Shown: positions 9,773 through 20,432 of the stretch, in pieces
How positions within the stretch are numbered: position 1 is the stretch's first letter
Layout of the letters: every line of letters starts with the position of its first letter
DNA from: a bacterium
GTDB lineage: Bacteria > UBA8248
NCBI GenBank assembly: GCA_965221165.1
Contig: CBDCRP010000002.1
Location: 352,001 to 416,000, forward strand
DNA length: 64,000 nucleotides
Direction: 5' to 3'
Notes under the pieces: model-generated
Database searches by the model: none
Seen by the model: the letters and a program-made list of their open reading frames with translations, nothing else
What the model was told of the DNA's origin: nothing
Program-made: the position numbers and the translations under genes

Positions 9773-10435
9773 ATGAAACCAAAAAACATCCTATCGCACA
9801 TCATCCCCTCGCCGGGTTTCATCATTTGTTTGTTTTTTTTCATTTCTTTGGGTGGTTGCGCCTTCTACCCTATGTCAATGGGCCACTATATCCAGGGCGG
9901 GGATTTACACGGCATCGCCTCTTGGTATGGGAACCCCTACCACGGGCGCAAGACGGCGAATGGCGAAACCTACGATATGCACGCGCTCACGGCCGCGCAC
10001 CGCACCCTGCCCTTTGGTTCAAGGGTACGGGTGCGCAGAAGCGACGACGGGCGGGAAGTGGAAGTCCGGATTAACGATCGCGGCCCCTTTTTCATAAACC
10101 GCGTTATCGACCTCTCGCAAGAGGCCGCTCGTAGAATCGGCATGTTGCGCAGCGGCACAACCCAGGTTCAGGTCGAGCCCCTCTATGTCCCCCGAGAATT
10201 GAATTCGAAATGGATGATCCTGGTGGGCGGTTTCACCCAAAAGCCAGAGGCGCAAGAATTCGCCGATTACTTTCACCGCAACGGCACGACTTCTGAAATC
10301 CGGCCCGGCTGGCACGGGAACTACAACCACTACCATGTGCAGATCAGAGGATTGGGCCGGGAGAGAAAAGCAAAGAGATTAGTCCAAAAGTTGCAGCGCA
10401 ACGGATACGGGGCATTCATCGTGCGGGCGAAATAA
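9773..10435 (+). CDS. rlpA: RlpA-family lytic transglycosylase lipoprotein with SPOR domain
   Basis: Lipobox LGGC; GIASWYG, TANGE, TAAHRTLPFG, RINDRGPF, IDLS. Confidence 0.9.
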   Translation: MKPKNILSHIIPSPGFIICLFFFISLGGCAFYPMSMGHYIQGGDLHGIASWYGNPYHGRKTANGETYDMHALTAAHRTLPFGSRVRVRRSDDGREVEVRINDRGPFFINRVIDLSQEAARRIGMLRSGTTQVQVEPLYVPRELNSKWMILVGGFTQKPEAQEFADYFHRNGTTSEIRPGWHGNYNHYHVQIRGLGRERKAKRLVQKLQRNGYGAFIVRAK

Positions 10436-10440
10436 AGAAT

Positions 10441-12513
10441 TTAATTCTTCTGGAGCGCTTTTTCGATAGCACTCAGATCCGTGAGCGGTTCCTTGCAAGT
10501 GAAATTTTCACACAGATACACGGTGGTTCGTCCATCCACCATGGATTTCCCGTCGAGCAGGGGCACTGTGGCATCTGCTTCTTCGCCTGATGATTCCGAC
10601 TTGAAAGCCAAAACTTTGTTGGGAATAAAGCGCGAATCAACGGCCCTGAGAGTTGCGCGCGTATCTTCTGAGTCCCTCTCGCCGACAATCGCCACCTCCA
10701 CCGGGGAGTCGAGACAAAAATCCAACGCCACCAGCATCATATGAAAGGCGGCCGGTGCGCGGTCCAGATATTCACCAAACGAGCGCAACACACCCAAGCC
10801 GCATTCCGCGAATTCAGCCTCGCCCGAGAGTTTCGCCAATTTCAGCAAACCCAGCGCCGCCATGGAGTTCCCGCTCGGAGTGGCGCCATCCTGCGTCATT
10901 TTCTTTCTCACGATGAGTTGTTCATGATCGTGGGCCGTAAAGAAAAATGCGCCGCCCTCGTCATCCCAATATCGCGATATCATCTCCCTCGCCAAATCCG
11001 AGGCCGCGCGAATCCACCGGGGCTCAAAGCTCGCCTCGTATAAATCCACCAGACCCACGATCAGAAAAGCATAATCATCGAGATACGCGTTGAACTTGCT
11101 CACGCCTGCCCGGTGGCTCCTCAACAAGCCCCGCTCATCGCGCATGTTGTTCAAAATAAAATCCGCCGCCTTGCCCGCTTCGTCAATATAGGGGCGGTGC
11201 TCCATAATCCTGCCCGCCAAGGCCATCGAGCCAATCATGAGCCCGTTCCAACTCGTGAGAATTTTATCGTCCAGACCAGGCTTCACGCGCCCTTCCCGCT
11301 CGGCAAAGAGTTTTGCGCGTCCCCTTTGCAAAATCTCAAAGAGCTTTTCTTCGGTGATTCCCACTTCTTTGGCGAAAACGCGGGGTGGTTTCTGGATGAA
11401 CAATGCGGAGGTTTTCCCCTCGAAGTTCCCCTCATCCGTCACACTATAGAACCGGCAGAATATGTCCGCTTCATCCTTCCCGAGAATCTCCTCTATCTGC
11501 TCGGGACGCCATACGAAGAACTTCCCCTCCTCGCCCTCGCTGTCGGCATCCTGCGCAGAATAGAATCCGCCGTCCGGGCTGGTCATTTCACGCAAGACGT
11601 AATCAAGCGTATCCCCCACCACGGAGCGATAAAACGCGCTTCCCGTCGCTTGATAGGCCTCAAGGTACACCCTGGATAAGAGACCATTGTCATACAGCAT
11701 TTTTTCGAAGTGCGGGATGAGCCAGTAAGCATCCACGCTATATCGGTGAAACCCGCCGCCGAGTTGATCATACATCCCGCCCAGCGCCATCCTCTGGAGC
11801 GTTATCTCGATCATCTTCAGCAATTCCTGATCCCGGGATCGTCTCCACTTTCTCAAAAGCAACATCAACGCCATGGAAGGTGGGAATTTTGGAGCTTGCC
11901 CAAAACCACCCCAAGTAGAGTCGAATCGATCCTTCAGTTCTCGCGCGGCTTTGTCGATCCACTCCGCTTTCAAATCACCATTTGTGGATGCAACGACTCC
12001 CATTTGCTGCAAATTCGCCGTTATGCTCTCCGCGTTATCCTGCAAATCCTCTTGTCTCGTCCGATAAACTTCGGCCAGCCTCAAGAGCACGTTCTTGAAG
12101 CCGGGCCTGCCCCATTTGTCATGTGGTGGAAAATATGTACCCCCAAAGAAGGGCCGTAAGTCCGGGAGCAGAAAAACGCTCATGGGCCACCCACCCTGGC
12201 CCGTCATCATCTGCACCGCCTCCATATAGATCCCATCGATATCGGGACGCTCTTCGCGATCCACCTTGATGGAGACGAAATGCTCGTTCAGGATTTTGGC
12301 GATTTCCTCATCCTCGAAACTCTCATGCTCCATCACATGGCACCAGTGGCAAGCGGAGTAGCCGACGGATAAAAAGATGGGCTTGTTTTCTTCTCTCGAT
12401 ATGCGGAGCGCATCCTCGCCCCAGGGATACCACTGCACCGGATTGTATTGATGCTGCAAGAGATAGGGGCTCGTCTCCTGTGCGAGGCGGTTCTGCTGCT
12501 GGGGCTGATTCAT
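10441..12513 (-). CDS. Thioredoxin-domain / alpha6-barrel protein (YyaL/SSP411, DUF255)
   Basis: [36 protein letters not shown]. Confidence 0.92.
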   Translation of the reverse strand: MNQPQQQNRLAQETSPYLLQHQYNPVQWYPWGEDALRISREENKPIFLSVGYSACHWCHVMEHESFEDEEIAKILNEHFVSIKVDREERPDIDGIYMEAVQMMTGQGGWPMSVFLLPDLRPFFGGTYFPPHDKWGRPGFKNVLLRLAEVYRTRQEDLQDNAESITANLQQMGVVASTNGDLKAEWIDKAARELKDRFDSTWGGFGQAPKFPPSMALMLLLRKWRRSRDQELLKMIEITLQRMALGGMYDQLGGGFHRYSVDAYWLIPHFEKMLYDNGLLSRVYLEAYQATGSAFYRSVVGDTLDYVLREMTSPDGGFYSAQDADSEGEEGKFFVWRPEQIEEILGKDEADIFCRFYSVTDEGNFEGKTSALFIQKPPRVFAKEVGITEEKLFEILQRGRAKLFAEREGRVKPGLDDKILTSWNGLMIGSMALAGRIMEHRPYIDEAGKAADFILNNMRDERGLLRSHRAGVSKFNAYLDDYAFLIVGLVDLYEASFEPRWIRAASDLAREMISRYWDDEGGAFFFTAHDHEQLIVRKKMTQDGATPSGNSMAALGLLKLAKLSGEAEFAECGLGVLRSFGEYLDRAPAAFHMMLVALDFCLDSPVEVAIVGERDSEDTRATLRAVDSRFIPNKVLAFKSESSGEEADATVPLLDGKSMVDGRTTVYLCENFTCKEPLTDLSAIEKALQKN

Positions 12514-12586
12514 GAATTCCTCATATGAATGGATGGGAAACCGCTAGCCACAAAAGGATGCCTGCCGACAGGGTATGGGAGAATGT

Positions 12587-13090
12587 TCAACAAAACAATT
12601 CCGGCTGGGGAGCTATTTGCGCGTGTGTCTCCACACGCCCGTCTCCACGGATATGCGATATATCCTCATCAAAACTCTCCGCCCAGGCAGCGGATATCAG
12701 GTGGAGGCGATGACAATTTTGGGGATTCTCCTCCGCGCAGAGAATCGCCGTGGGCGTTTTTTCCGCCTGTTCTCTCAGGCGTTCCATAGCGCGGATAAAA
12801 TTTTCACTACGCCTCACTTTTATCCAGTCAATGCACCCTTTGGCGTCAAAGAACTCCGGATTTTTCCTGAAATCGCGTTTTCCGCCCAGCGCCTCTCCCT
12901 CCCAGACATATGCGATGTTTCTCGATGAGAAGCTCAGTCCCATTTTTTCTCTGTTGTACTGTGGATTTCTTCTGCTGTAGGGAATGCTGCGCACATCCAC
13001 CACGCATGCGATGCCGTGGCAGCTCAGCAAGTCCAGGAATTTCTCTGCACTGTGGTTGCTATGGCCTATCGTCCAAAGCGGATGTTTCAA
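12587..13090 (-). CDS. DUF488 family protein
   Basis: TIGHS, DVRSIPYSR, LCAEE...CHR. Confidence 0.88.
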   Translation of the reverse strand: MKHPLWTIGHSNHSAEKFLDLLSCHGIACVVDVRSIPYSRRNPQYNREKMGLSFSSRNIAYVWEGEALGGKRDFRKNPEFFDAKGCIDWIKVRRSENFIRAMERLREQAEKTPTAILCAEENPQNCHRLHLISAAWAESFDEDISHIRGDGRVETHAQIAPQPELFC

Positions 13091-14427
13091 ACGAGGCCTC
13101 CCATGAGAGTCGCCGCAATCTCGCAGCCACGATGAAAAATCTCTACGTCGATATTCTCATCCGGGGCATGGGTGTTTGAATCCGCATTGGCGAGGGGGAA
13201 CCACACGGACGGGATGCCTAGATCCCTCGTGAACATGCTGTCGGGCACACTGCCGCCGAAGTTCGGATAGATGACGGGCTCGACTCCGTAACCGCCGACG
13301 GCCTTGATCACCCTTTGCACAAAAGGGTCGTCCGCAGGTGTCTTGCTGGCATCGAACGTGGCCATCTTGCGCACCTCGATGTCCTCGAAGCCCTCTGCTC
13401 TCAAAAACGAACACACGTCCTCGAAAAGCCTGTCCGGGTCCTGCTCCACCACGAGGCGGAAATCCAGCTTGGCGCGCACGGAGCCCGGGAGGACCGTTTT
13501 CATGCCATCTTGAGAATATCCCCCCTGGAATCCACAGATGTTCAGGTTCGGCTGCGTGAGAGATTTCGTATAAAAGGCGGAAAGATCCGGAATCCGGTCG
13601 GCGCCTTCTCCGATGACGGCCCGAAGCTCCGCCTCCGGATCGGGAATTCCGTCCAGAGCATCCCGATCGGCATCGCCAATCGGGAGCACGGATTCATAAA
13701 ATCCAGGCACGCGCACCCTTCCTTCGCCGTCGCGCAGACACTGCACGGCATCCATGAGGCGCCAGAATGGATTCGGGGCCGGCCCGCCATAAGACCCGGA
13801 ATGGAGGTCCTTGCCGACGCCGTGCGCAATAAGCTCGATATAGAGCAATCCCCTGCAACCCAAAGAAAGCGTTGGCCTGCCCGATGGGTGCAAGGAACCA
13901 TCCGAAGAGCAGGCGATATCGGCCTTCAGCAACTCTTTGTTCGCCAGTATGAATTTCCTCAGGTTGGGAGAACCCATTTCCTCTTCCCCCTCTATCAAAA
14001 ACTTGAGGGTGATGGGCATCTCCGTGTTCGTTCGGTAGTAGGCTTCCACCGCCTTGATCTGGGCGAAATGCTGGCCCTTGTTGTCTCCCGCCCCACGGGC
14101 ATAGAGGCGGCCATCGCGCATTTGGGGCTCGAATGGCTCGGAACTCCAGCCCTCGGATATATCGGCCGGCTGAACGTCATAGTGGCCATAGATCAGCATG
14201 GTCGGGGCATCTGGAGGCCCCTCCACTTCTCCGTACACGAGAGAAATACCCTCGGTCGGTAAAATATCCGCCTCGATACGTGCACTTTTCATCAATTCCA
14301 CCAAATGCGCCGCCGCCTCCTCGACACCGATACCCAAAGTGCTGATGGAGGGCATTTTGAGATATTCGATGAGTTCCGTCAGGTTTTGCTCCCTTCTCGA
14401 TCGCAGAAAATCGATCACCGTCGACAT
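13087..14427 (-). CDS. M20/M25/M40 metallopeptidase (dipeptidase-like)
   Basis: YGHYDVQP, RGAGDNKGQ, EGEEEMGS, DLHSG, HAPDE. Confidence 0.92.
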   Translation of the reverse strand: MSTVIDFLRSRREQNLTELIEYLKMPSISTLGIGVEEAAAHLVELMKSARIEADILPTEGISLVYGEVEGPPDAPTMLIYGHYDVQPADISEGWSSEPFEPQMRDGRLYARGAGDNKGQHFAQIKAVEAYYRTNTEMPITLKFLIEGEEEMGSPNLRKFILANKELLKADIACSSDGSLHPSGRPTLSLGCRGLLYIELIAHGVGKDLHSGSYGGPAPNPFWRLMDAVQCLRDGEGRVRVPGFYESVLPIGDADRDALDGIPDPEAELRAVIGEGADRIPDLSAFYTKSLTQPNLNICGFQGGYSQDGMKTVLPGSVRAKLDFRLVVEQDPDRLFEDVCSFLRAEGFEDIEVRKMATFDASKTPADDPFVQRVIKAVGGYGVEPVIYPNFGGSVPDSMFTRDLGIPSVWFPLANADSNTHAPDENIDVEIFHRGCEIAATLMGGLV

Positions 14428-14549
14428 TCAACTCTCCTCTGCAACAAGCCTAACTGGCGAGGATGTTGCCGAAATTGTTTCTCCAGATTATCCTCAGACA
14501 TGGCATGAACCTGCCAAATTCTTTTGCGCCGCGTAAAAGTGGACTATTC

Positions 14550-15560
14550 ATGATTCAATCTGTTCTTAGCACAATTCATCGCTTTTTCAAGGTCATCCGC
14601 ATAAGACGGCTCTTGCTCCTCATCTTCGCCATGTTGATGGTGACAAGCTGCGCTCGCCCCCGCACATTGGGTCTTACTCCTGCTCCCGCAGGAAACTATG
14701 GCCATCAGGAAAGCTATGTAGAACTGCCATCAAGCATTGCAAACGCCCCGATATCGGGGTATCTGGCGCGCCCTTTGGGAGAGGGGAGATATCCTTGCGT
14801 CATATTGCTGCACGGTAAAGGCGGTTGGTGGCAGGCATACATCCGCTACGCCAGAAAACTCGCAAGCCACGGATTTTCATCTTTAATCATCAATTATTTC
14901 TCGGTGCACCAAGTGGACCTCTCGGGCCTCACGACGCCATTCGCTCGACGAAAATTAAATTTTGAGCGTCAAAATGAAGATATCAATCGAGCCGTATCCG
15001 CCTTTGCGAAAAGCGCGCATTGCACCAAAAACAAGATCGCTCTCATCGGATTCTCTCTCGGCGCGGATAAGGCTTTCAGGGCGGCCGCGTCGCTTCCGGA
15101 AGTGGGTGCCGTAGTAGCCTACTATGGGCCATATGATTATGTTTCTCTCATCAAAAAGCGCATCAACTCTGTAGTCCTCGCCCTTGCGACCCAAGATTTG
15201 CTCCGCTGGAAAAGATATTTGGAACTACACAGCCCTGCCAACAAGATACGGAACACAAAAGCTTCCGCCCTGATGTTTCATGGCGTGGTGGATGGGGTGA
15301 TTCCCGCGCAGCAGTCACTCACCATGATGAAAAGACTACGCGCAAGAACATCAGGCCACGCAGAACTGAAACTTTATGAGGGCACCGGCCACAATTTTGT
15401 TCTCAGAAGAAGCACTCCTCTGGAAAGAGAAGACTCGATTCGGCGGGTATTGGTTTTCCTCAAAAACCACCTGCCCCAAATCCGGGATCTGCCCAAAGCG
15501 AATGATATGGGTAAAAAGCGAGCAACCTTTCGCCCCAAATACAGAAAACAGGACGGTTGA
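14550..15560 (+). CDS. Dienelactone-hydrolase-like alpha/beta hydrolase, probable lipoprotein
   Basis: VTSC lipobox, LLHG, GFSLG nucleophile elbow, FHG..D.VIP, GHNF; start uncertain (14463-14550). Confidence 0.75.
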   Translation: MIQSVLSTIHRFFKVIRIRRLLLLIFAMLMVTSCARPRTLGLTPAPAGNYGHQESYVELPSSIANAPISGYLARPLGEGRYPCVILLHGKGGWWQAYIRYARKLASHGFSSLIINYFSVHQVDLSGLTTPFARRKLNFERQNEDINRAVSAFAKSAHCTKNKIALIGFSLGADKAFRAAASLPEVGAVVAYYGPYDYVSLIKKRINSVVLALATQDLLRWKRYLELHSPANKIRNTKASALMFHGVVDGVIPAQQSLTMMKRLRARTSGHAELKLYEGTGHNFVLRRSTPLEREDSIRRVLVFLKNHLPQIRDLPKANDMGKKRATFRPKYRKQDG

Positions 15561-15563
15561 TAA

Positions 15564-17786
15564 ATGATGGATACGACGCCAGACGGCAGACACGGAAAGA
15601 GCGAATCCTGGGTTCGTGAATGGGTGGGCTGGAGTGAACTCATTCCCGCCGGCAAGGTAGAAGCGGGCACATGGGGCACTTGGACGATCATCTATCACGT
15701 GGGCAAATATGGCGTGGACGATGGCGGGACAATCGTGCTCTCGCGTCGCTTTGCCAGCGATTGGGCCAAGCCGCAAACCGATGCGCCCGATGAGGCTCAC
15801 TATGCGAACGCGACTACGAGCGGCAACGCCTCCTTGAGAATAAGATGGGACCCGAAATCGAACATCAGGCCCTGGCAGCAAGGCTTGGCTATTGATGTGT
15901 TTGATAGCTATCTGGCGGAAGGCGACACGGTCAATATCGTTCTAGGGGACCAAAGCCGTGGCGGCGCGGGAACCCGCGCGCAAACTTTTTGTGAGAAAAA
16001 TTTTCGTTTCCGGCTCTTTGTCGATTGCTTCGGCTCGAATCGCTTCATCGAAGCAGCCGATACACCCGCATTTTCCATCGTCCCGGGAAAACCCGCCCGC
16101 CTCGTTATGCATGGCGCGACCGAACAAGCGCCGAACGAAACTTCCTGGATGCAAGTGAAACTCGAGGATATCTGGGGAAACCCATGTCATGACATAGACA
16201 CGGAAGTCTCGCTCACCGCGGAAGGAGGAACCTGCGAGGGCTTGCCCAAGGCCGTTCGATTCGAGCGCGAAAAACCCGCCGTAGTTCGCTTGGAGAATTT
16301 GTCTTGGGAATCCGGAAAGTGGGAACGAATACGAGGCGACGCAAACATCGACATTCCTCATGCATACAGCAACTACGTGCGAGGAACGGAGAAAATCCAC
16401 CAATGGCGGCCATTTTGGGGCGACCTCCATGGCCAAAGCGGAGAAACAGTAGGCACGAATACCGTGGATGATTACTTTGCATTCGCCCGCGATATGGCTG
16501 GAGCGCAATTTTCTTGTCACCAGGGAAACGATTTTCAAGTCACGGAAGATACCTGGAACGCCATTCGCGCGGCCACGAAGAAATACAATGAGCCGGGTCG
16601 CTTCGTCACATTCCTGGGGGTCGAATGGTCCGCCGTGACGGGCATGGGCGGGGACAGGAACGTCATGTATCTTGGTGATGATGGGCCCTTGCACCGAACC
16701 AGCCATTGGCAAATGGATGATTGGGATGACCAGCAAACAGACCGATATCCCCTTGATGCCCTCTACGACGCTATGGAAGGACGCGGGGACGTCACGCTCA
16801 TTCCTCACATCGGGGGTCGGCGGGCAAGTCTGGACTATCACCACACAGAGCTCGAGCGCGTCATGGAGATATACTCTTCCTGGGGACGATTCGAGTGGTT
16901 TGTGGAAGAAGCCTTGGAAAAGGGCTGGCGCGTGGGCATCACGGCGGGGAGCGACGGACATAAGGGGCGTCCGGGAGCCAGCTACCCGGGCGCCGCTATT
17001 TTCGGAGTCTATGGTGGTTATGTTTGCATCTATGCAGAAGAACTCACGCGCGAGAGCCTGTGGGAGGCGATTCAGGCGAGGCGCGTCTACGCAACAACGG
17101 GGAAGAAAATTCATCTCTCCTTCTCGGCCGGAGACCATTTTATGGGAGAGGAATTTGAATCCGCCAAACCTCCCGTGTTCAAAGTCCGCGCCATGGGGGA
17201 ATGCGGCATAGAATCGCTAGAATTGAAGCGCGCCTCAAAAACCATCTGCTCTTATCGGCCCAAAGATGCAGACGCGCGAAATTCAGATTGGTTCCGTGTC
17301 TCCTGGAGTGGCGCCCGCATACACCAGCGCAACCGCCAAACCCACTGGCACGGCGGCCTGCGGGTTGATAAAGGAAAGATTAAAGAGCCCAGAAATTGGC
17401 AAGTGGACAACCGGGAAGAAGGCATTCAATCACTTGATGAGCGGAATATCCGGTGGTTGAGCCGCACGACCGGCGATGCGGACGGCGTCGAATTTCGTCT
17501 TTCAGACGCAGATGGCGCAAGGCTCCTTTTCGAAACCAAAGTCGTTTCTTTCGATGTAAAACTCGATGCGGTCGGCACCGTTCCATATGTTGTGGACGCA
17601 GGCGGCGTTCGTCAAAAGGTGGAAGTGCAGCGCATCAGTCCAACTCCTGGAGACCCTGGCGCAAACATCACGTTTGACGTCAGCGAAAATGACTTTCACG
17701 ATGGATGGAACCCCTATTTTGTCAGGCTGATGCAAGAAGACGGGGCATTGGCCTGGAGTAGCCCCATTTTTGTGAAAAAGGGTTGA
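15564..17786 (+). CDS. DUF3604/PHP-like metallohydrolase domain protein
   Basis: WGDLHGQSGETVG, IPHIGGR, AGSDGHKGRPG, YATTG, AWSSPIF. Confidence 0.8.
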   Translation: MMDTTPDGRHGKSESWVREWVGWSELIPAGKVEAGTWGTWTIIYHVGKYGVDDGGTIVLSRRFASDWAKPQTDAPDEAHYANATTSGNASLRIRWDPKSNIRPWQQGLAIDVFDSYLAEGDTVNIVLGDQSRGGAGTRAQTFCEKNFRFRLFVDCFGSNRFIEAADTPAFSIVPGKPARLVMHGATEQAPNETSWMQVKLEDIWGNPCHDIDTEVSLTAEGGTCEGLPKAVRFEREKPAVVRLENLSWESGKWERIRGDANIDIPHAYSNYVRGTEKIHQWRPFWGDLHGQSGETVGTNTVDDYFAFARDMAGAQFSCHQGNDFQVTEDTWNAIRAATKKYNEPGRFVTFLGVEWSAVTGMGGDRNVMYLGDDGPLHRTSHWQMDDWDDQQTDRYPLDALYDAMEGRGDVTLIPHIGGRRASLDYHHTELERVMEIYSSWGRFEWFVEEALEKGWRVGITAGSDGHKGRPGASYPGAAIFGVYGGYVCIYAEELTRESLWEAIQARRVYATTGKKIHLSFSAGDHFMGEEFESAKPPVFKVRAMGECGIESLELKRASKTICSYRPKDADARNSDWFRVSWSGARIHQRNRQTHWHGGLRVDKGKIKEPRNWQVDNREEGIQSLDERNIRWLSRTTGDADGVEFRLSDADGARLLFETKVVSFDVKLDAVGTVPYVVDAGGVRQKVEVQRISPTPGDPGANITFDVSENDFHDGWNPYFVRLMQEDGALAWSSPIFVKKG

Positions 17787-18514
17787 AAATGACGGCAGAC
17801 AAACTACCCGCCTTGGATGAAAGTTGGCAGCGGGCGCTGGCCATCGTGGCGCATCCTGATGACATGGAATTTGGCGCATCGAGCGCAGTCGCCAGATGGA
17901 CGGCGCAAGGCAAGGAAATCTCCTATATCCTTATGACGAGTGGCGAGGCGGGTATTGATGGCATGTCGCCGGAAGAAGCAGGCCCTGCGAGAGAAGAGGA
18001 AGAACTTGAAAGCGCCGCCATAGTCGGTGTGGAAAAGGTGGAATTCCTGGGCTACACGGACGGAGTCATTGAATACAATCTGGATTTAAGACGCGATCTC
18101 GCCCGAAAAATCAGAACATACCGCCCTGAAATTTTGATCACTCTTTCCCATCACCTCACCTGGCCGGGCGGACCTTTGAACATGGCGGATCACCGCTGGC
18201 TCGCTTATGGCGTGATGGACGCAGGACGCGATGCGGGAAACCGCTGGATTTTTCCAGAGCTGCTGGAGGAGGGATTAGAACCCTGGACGGGCGTCCGCAT
18301 GGTTTTGCTCAGCGGTTCTCCAAGGCCTACGCATGCCGTAGACATCAGCGAATACCTCGAGAAAGGAATCGCATCCCTACAGGCACATAAACTCTATATC
18401 GACAATCTCGCGCAAGGGTTCGACCCCGTCGGTTTCCTCACCCAGGCGGCTCTCGAAACAGGGAAACATGCAGGATTTCACTATGCGGTATCATTCGAGG
18501 CGATCTCCATATAA
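17783..18514 (+). CDS. PIG-L/LmbE family deacetylase
   Basis: VAHPDDMEFG, TSGEAG, ADHR. Confidence 0.9.
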   Translation: MKMTADKLPALDESWQRALAIVAHPDDMEFGASSAVARWTAQGKEISYILMTSGEAGIDGMSPEEAGPAREEEELESAAIVGVEKVEFLGYTDGVIEYNLDLRRDLARKIRTYRPEILITLSHHLTWPGGPLNMADHRWLAYGVMDAGRDAGNRWIFPELLEEGLEPWTGVRMVLLSGSPRPTHAVDISEYLEKGIASLQAHKLYIDNLAQGFDPVGFLTQAALETGKHAGFHYAVSFEAISI

Positions 18515-18633
18515 ATTTCTGAAAAAATTGCTTGCCAAGGCTATCTCTTCTCAACTGAATTGGGTAGTATTCGCCTGCGGTTGGGCCATTATGCCCCTTA
18601 TCCTATTGATTTTTACATCTAACGAGGAAATGA

Positions 18634-19578
18634 ATGCTTGACGATGCAACAAAACAGGAACTAAGAGAAAAACACTACAACGCAACACTCGTGGATATCG
18701 TCTGGCAGCATGAGACGCTCGCATGTTTTCGTGTAAAACCCGATTTCGACTTTCCCCAATACAAATCGGGTCAATATACGACGTTGGGCCTGGGCAACTG
18801 GGAGCCCCGTCACGAGGACGCCGTCAAGGAAAAAGAACTTGACGAGAAAAGAATCAGGCGAGTGGGCAGGCGCGCCTATTCCGTCTCCCATCCCGTTGTC
18901 AATGGTTCGGGGGAATTGTATCCGACGGAAAATTTGGATTTCCTGGAATTCTACATCGTCATGGTAGTCGGCGTAGAAAGCGAGCCTGCGCCTCTCCTCA
19001 CCCCGAGGCTCTTTCTCCTAAAAGCCGGCGATCGTGTTCACATGGGCAAAAAGTTCACCGGTGAATACACGCTCGGTTGCATGAACGATATTCGGGACAA
19101 TGAGAACTCTCTCGTGGTCTTCGCCGGTACGGGAACCGGAGAAGGACCCCACAACCACATGATATGGGAGCTTCTTCGCACGGGCTACAAAGGCCAAATC
19201 GCCAGCATCAACGTCGTGCGATACAATAATGACCTGGCATATGAGCCCCTCTATCGAGAGCTCGAGAAGAAATACCCCGCCCTCTCATACCACGCGCTCA
19301 CCACGCGCGAGGCAGACACCGTGAACAATAAAGTGTATGTGCAGGATTATCTGGCCACGGGCATGTTCGAAGAAAACATCGGACGCAAAATGGACCCTGC
19401 GAACACGCACCTGTTCTTGTGCGGAAACCCCGCGATGATCGGCATCCCCAAAGTTCGTGAAGGTAACAAGATATGGCCGGAAGGTGCGCCGGGTGTCATT
19501 CAGATCATGGAAGATCGCGGCTTCACGATGGACTATGGCCGCACGAAGGGAAATATCCATTACGAAAAATACTGGTAA
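18634..19578 (+). CDS. Ferredoxin-NADP(+) reductase (bacterial Fpr type)
   Basis: GQYTTLGL, RRAYSV, GTGTG, LCGNPAMI, C-terminal EKYW. Confidence 0.88.
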   Translation: MLDDATKQELREKHYNATLVDIVWQHETLACFRVKPDFDFPQYKSGQYTTLGLGNWEPRHEDAVKEKELDEKRIRRVGRRAYSVSHPVVNGSGELYPTENLDFLEFYIVMVVGVESEPAPLLTPRLFLLKAGDRVHMGKKFTGEYTLGCMNDIRDNENSLVVFAGTGTGEGPHNHMIWELLRTGYKGQIASINVVRYNNDLAYEPLYRELEKKYPALSYHALTTREADTVNNKVYVQDYLATGMFEENIGRKMDPANTHLFLCGNPAMIGIPKVREGNKIWPEGAPGVIQIMEDRGFTMDYGRTKGNIHYEKYW

Positions 19579-19634
19579 GGCCTACATCTCAGACACCACC
19601 TCGGCGCAAGTAGACAGAATCCGCAGGAGAACCC

Positions 19635-20432
19635 ATGCCCGATTTTATTCATGAAGCCGGGGGCGCACTCTCCACCTTGAAGTTCAACAGAAAAGATGTT
19701 CGCAACGCCATCAACGAAGAAATCATGGAGGGTCTCTCCGATACCCTCAACATCCTCGAAGCATCGCGCGAGCTAAGAGCCGTCATCCTCACGGGCACGG
19801 GCGAAGAAGCATTCTGCTCAGGTGGCGACTTGAAATGGCTACAATCTTTTGAATCCCATGGCGAGGGCTTGGGCATGAGCAGGCGGATGCAGGAAATACT
19901 GGAGCGCCTATCCGCCCTGCCGGTGCCCGTCATCGCCGTTTTGAATGGATACGCTTTAGGTGGCGGGACCGAAATCGCCATGGCCTGCGACATGCGGATT
20001 ATGGAAGAACACGCCTACATGAGTTTCAAGCAAGCTCGGGTGGGTCTCATGACGGGTTGGGGAGGCGGGGGGCGTCTCCTCCACGCTATCGGCTACGGGC
20101 GAGCGATGGAATTGTTGACCACATGTAAAGAGTTAGGCCCGGAAGATGCGCTGGGCATGGGGCTCGTCAATACCGTAGTCCCAAAAGGAGACGGTCTTCA
20201 TGTCGCCAAAGCGATGGTGGAAGAAATTTCCAAAAGCGCTCCGGGTGCGATCCGTTCCTTGAAGGAATTGCTCTTATTCGGCATAGAAAATACACTAGAG
20301 AAAACGACGAGTTTAGAATCATCACTGTTTGCGGATCTTTGGGTGTCACAAGATCATAATGAGGCGGTAAAAGCGTTTTTTGAAAAGCGAAGCCCCGCTT
20401 TCAAGGGAAAACAAACGCGAAATGACAAATGA
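19635..20432 (+). CDS. Enoyl-CoA hydratase/isomerase (crotonase) family
   Basis: AFCSGGDL, GYALGGGTEIAMACDMR, TGWGG. Confidence 0.9.
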   Translation: MPDFIHEAGGALSTLKFNRKDVRNAINEEIMEGLSDTLNILEASRELRAVILTGTGEEAFCSGGDLKWLQSFESHGEGLGMSRRMQEILERLSALPVPVIAVLNGYALGGGTEIAMACDMRIMEEHAYMSFKQARVGLMTGWGGGGRLLHAIGYGRAMELLTTCKELGPEDALGMGLVNTVVPKGDGLHVAKAMVEEISKSAPGAIRSLKELLLFGIENTLEKTTSLESSLFADLWVSQDHNEAVKAFFEKRSPAFKGKQTRNDK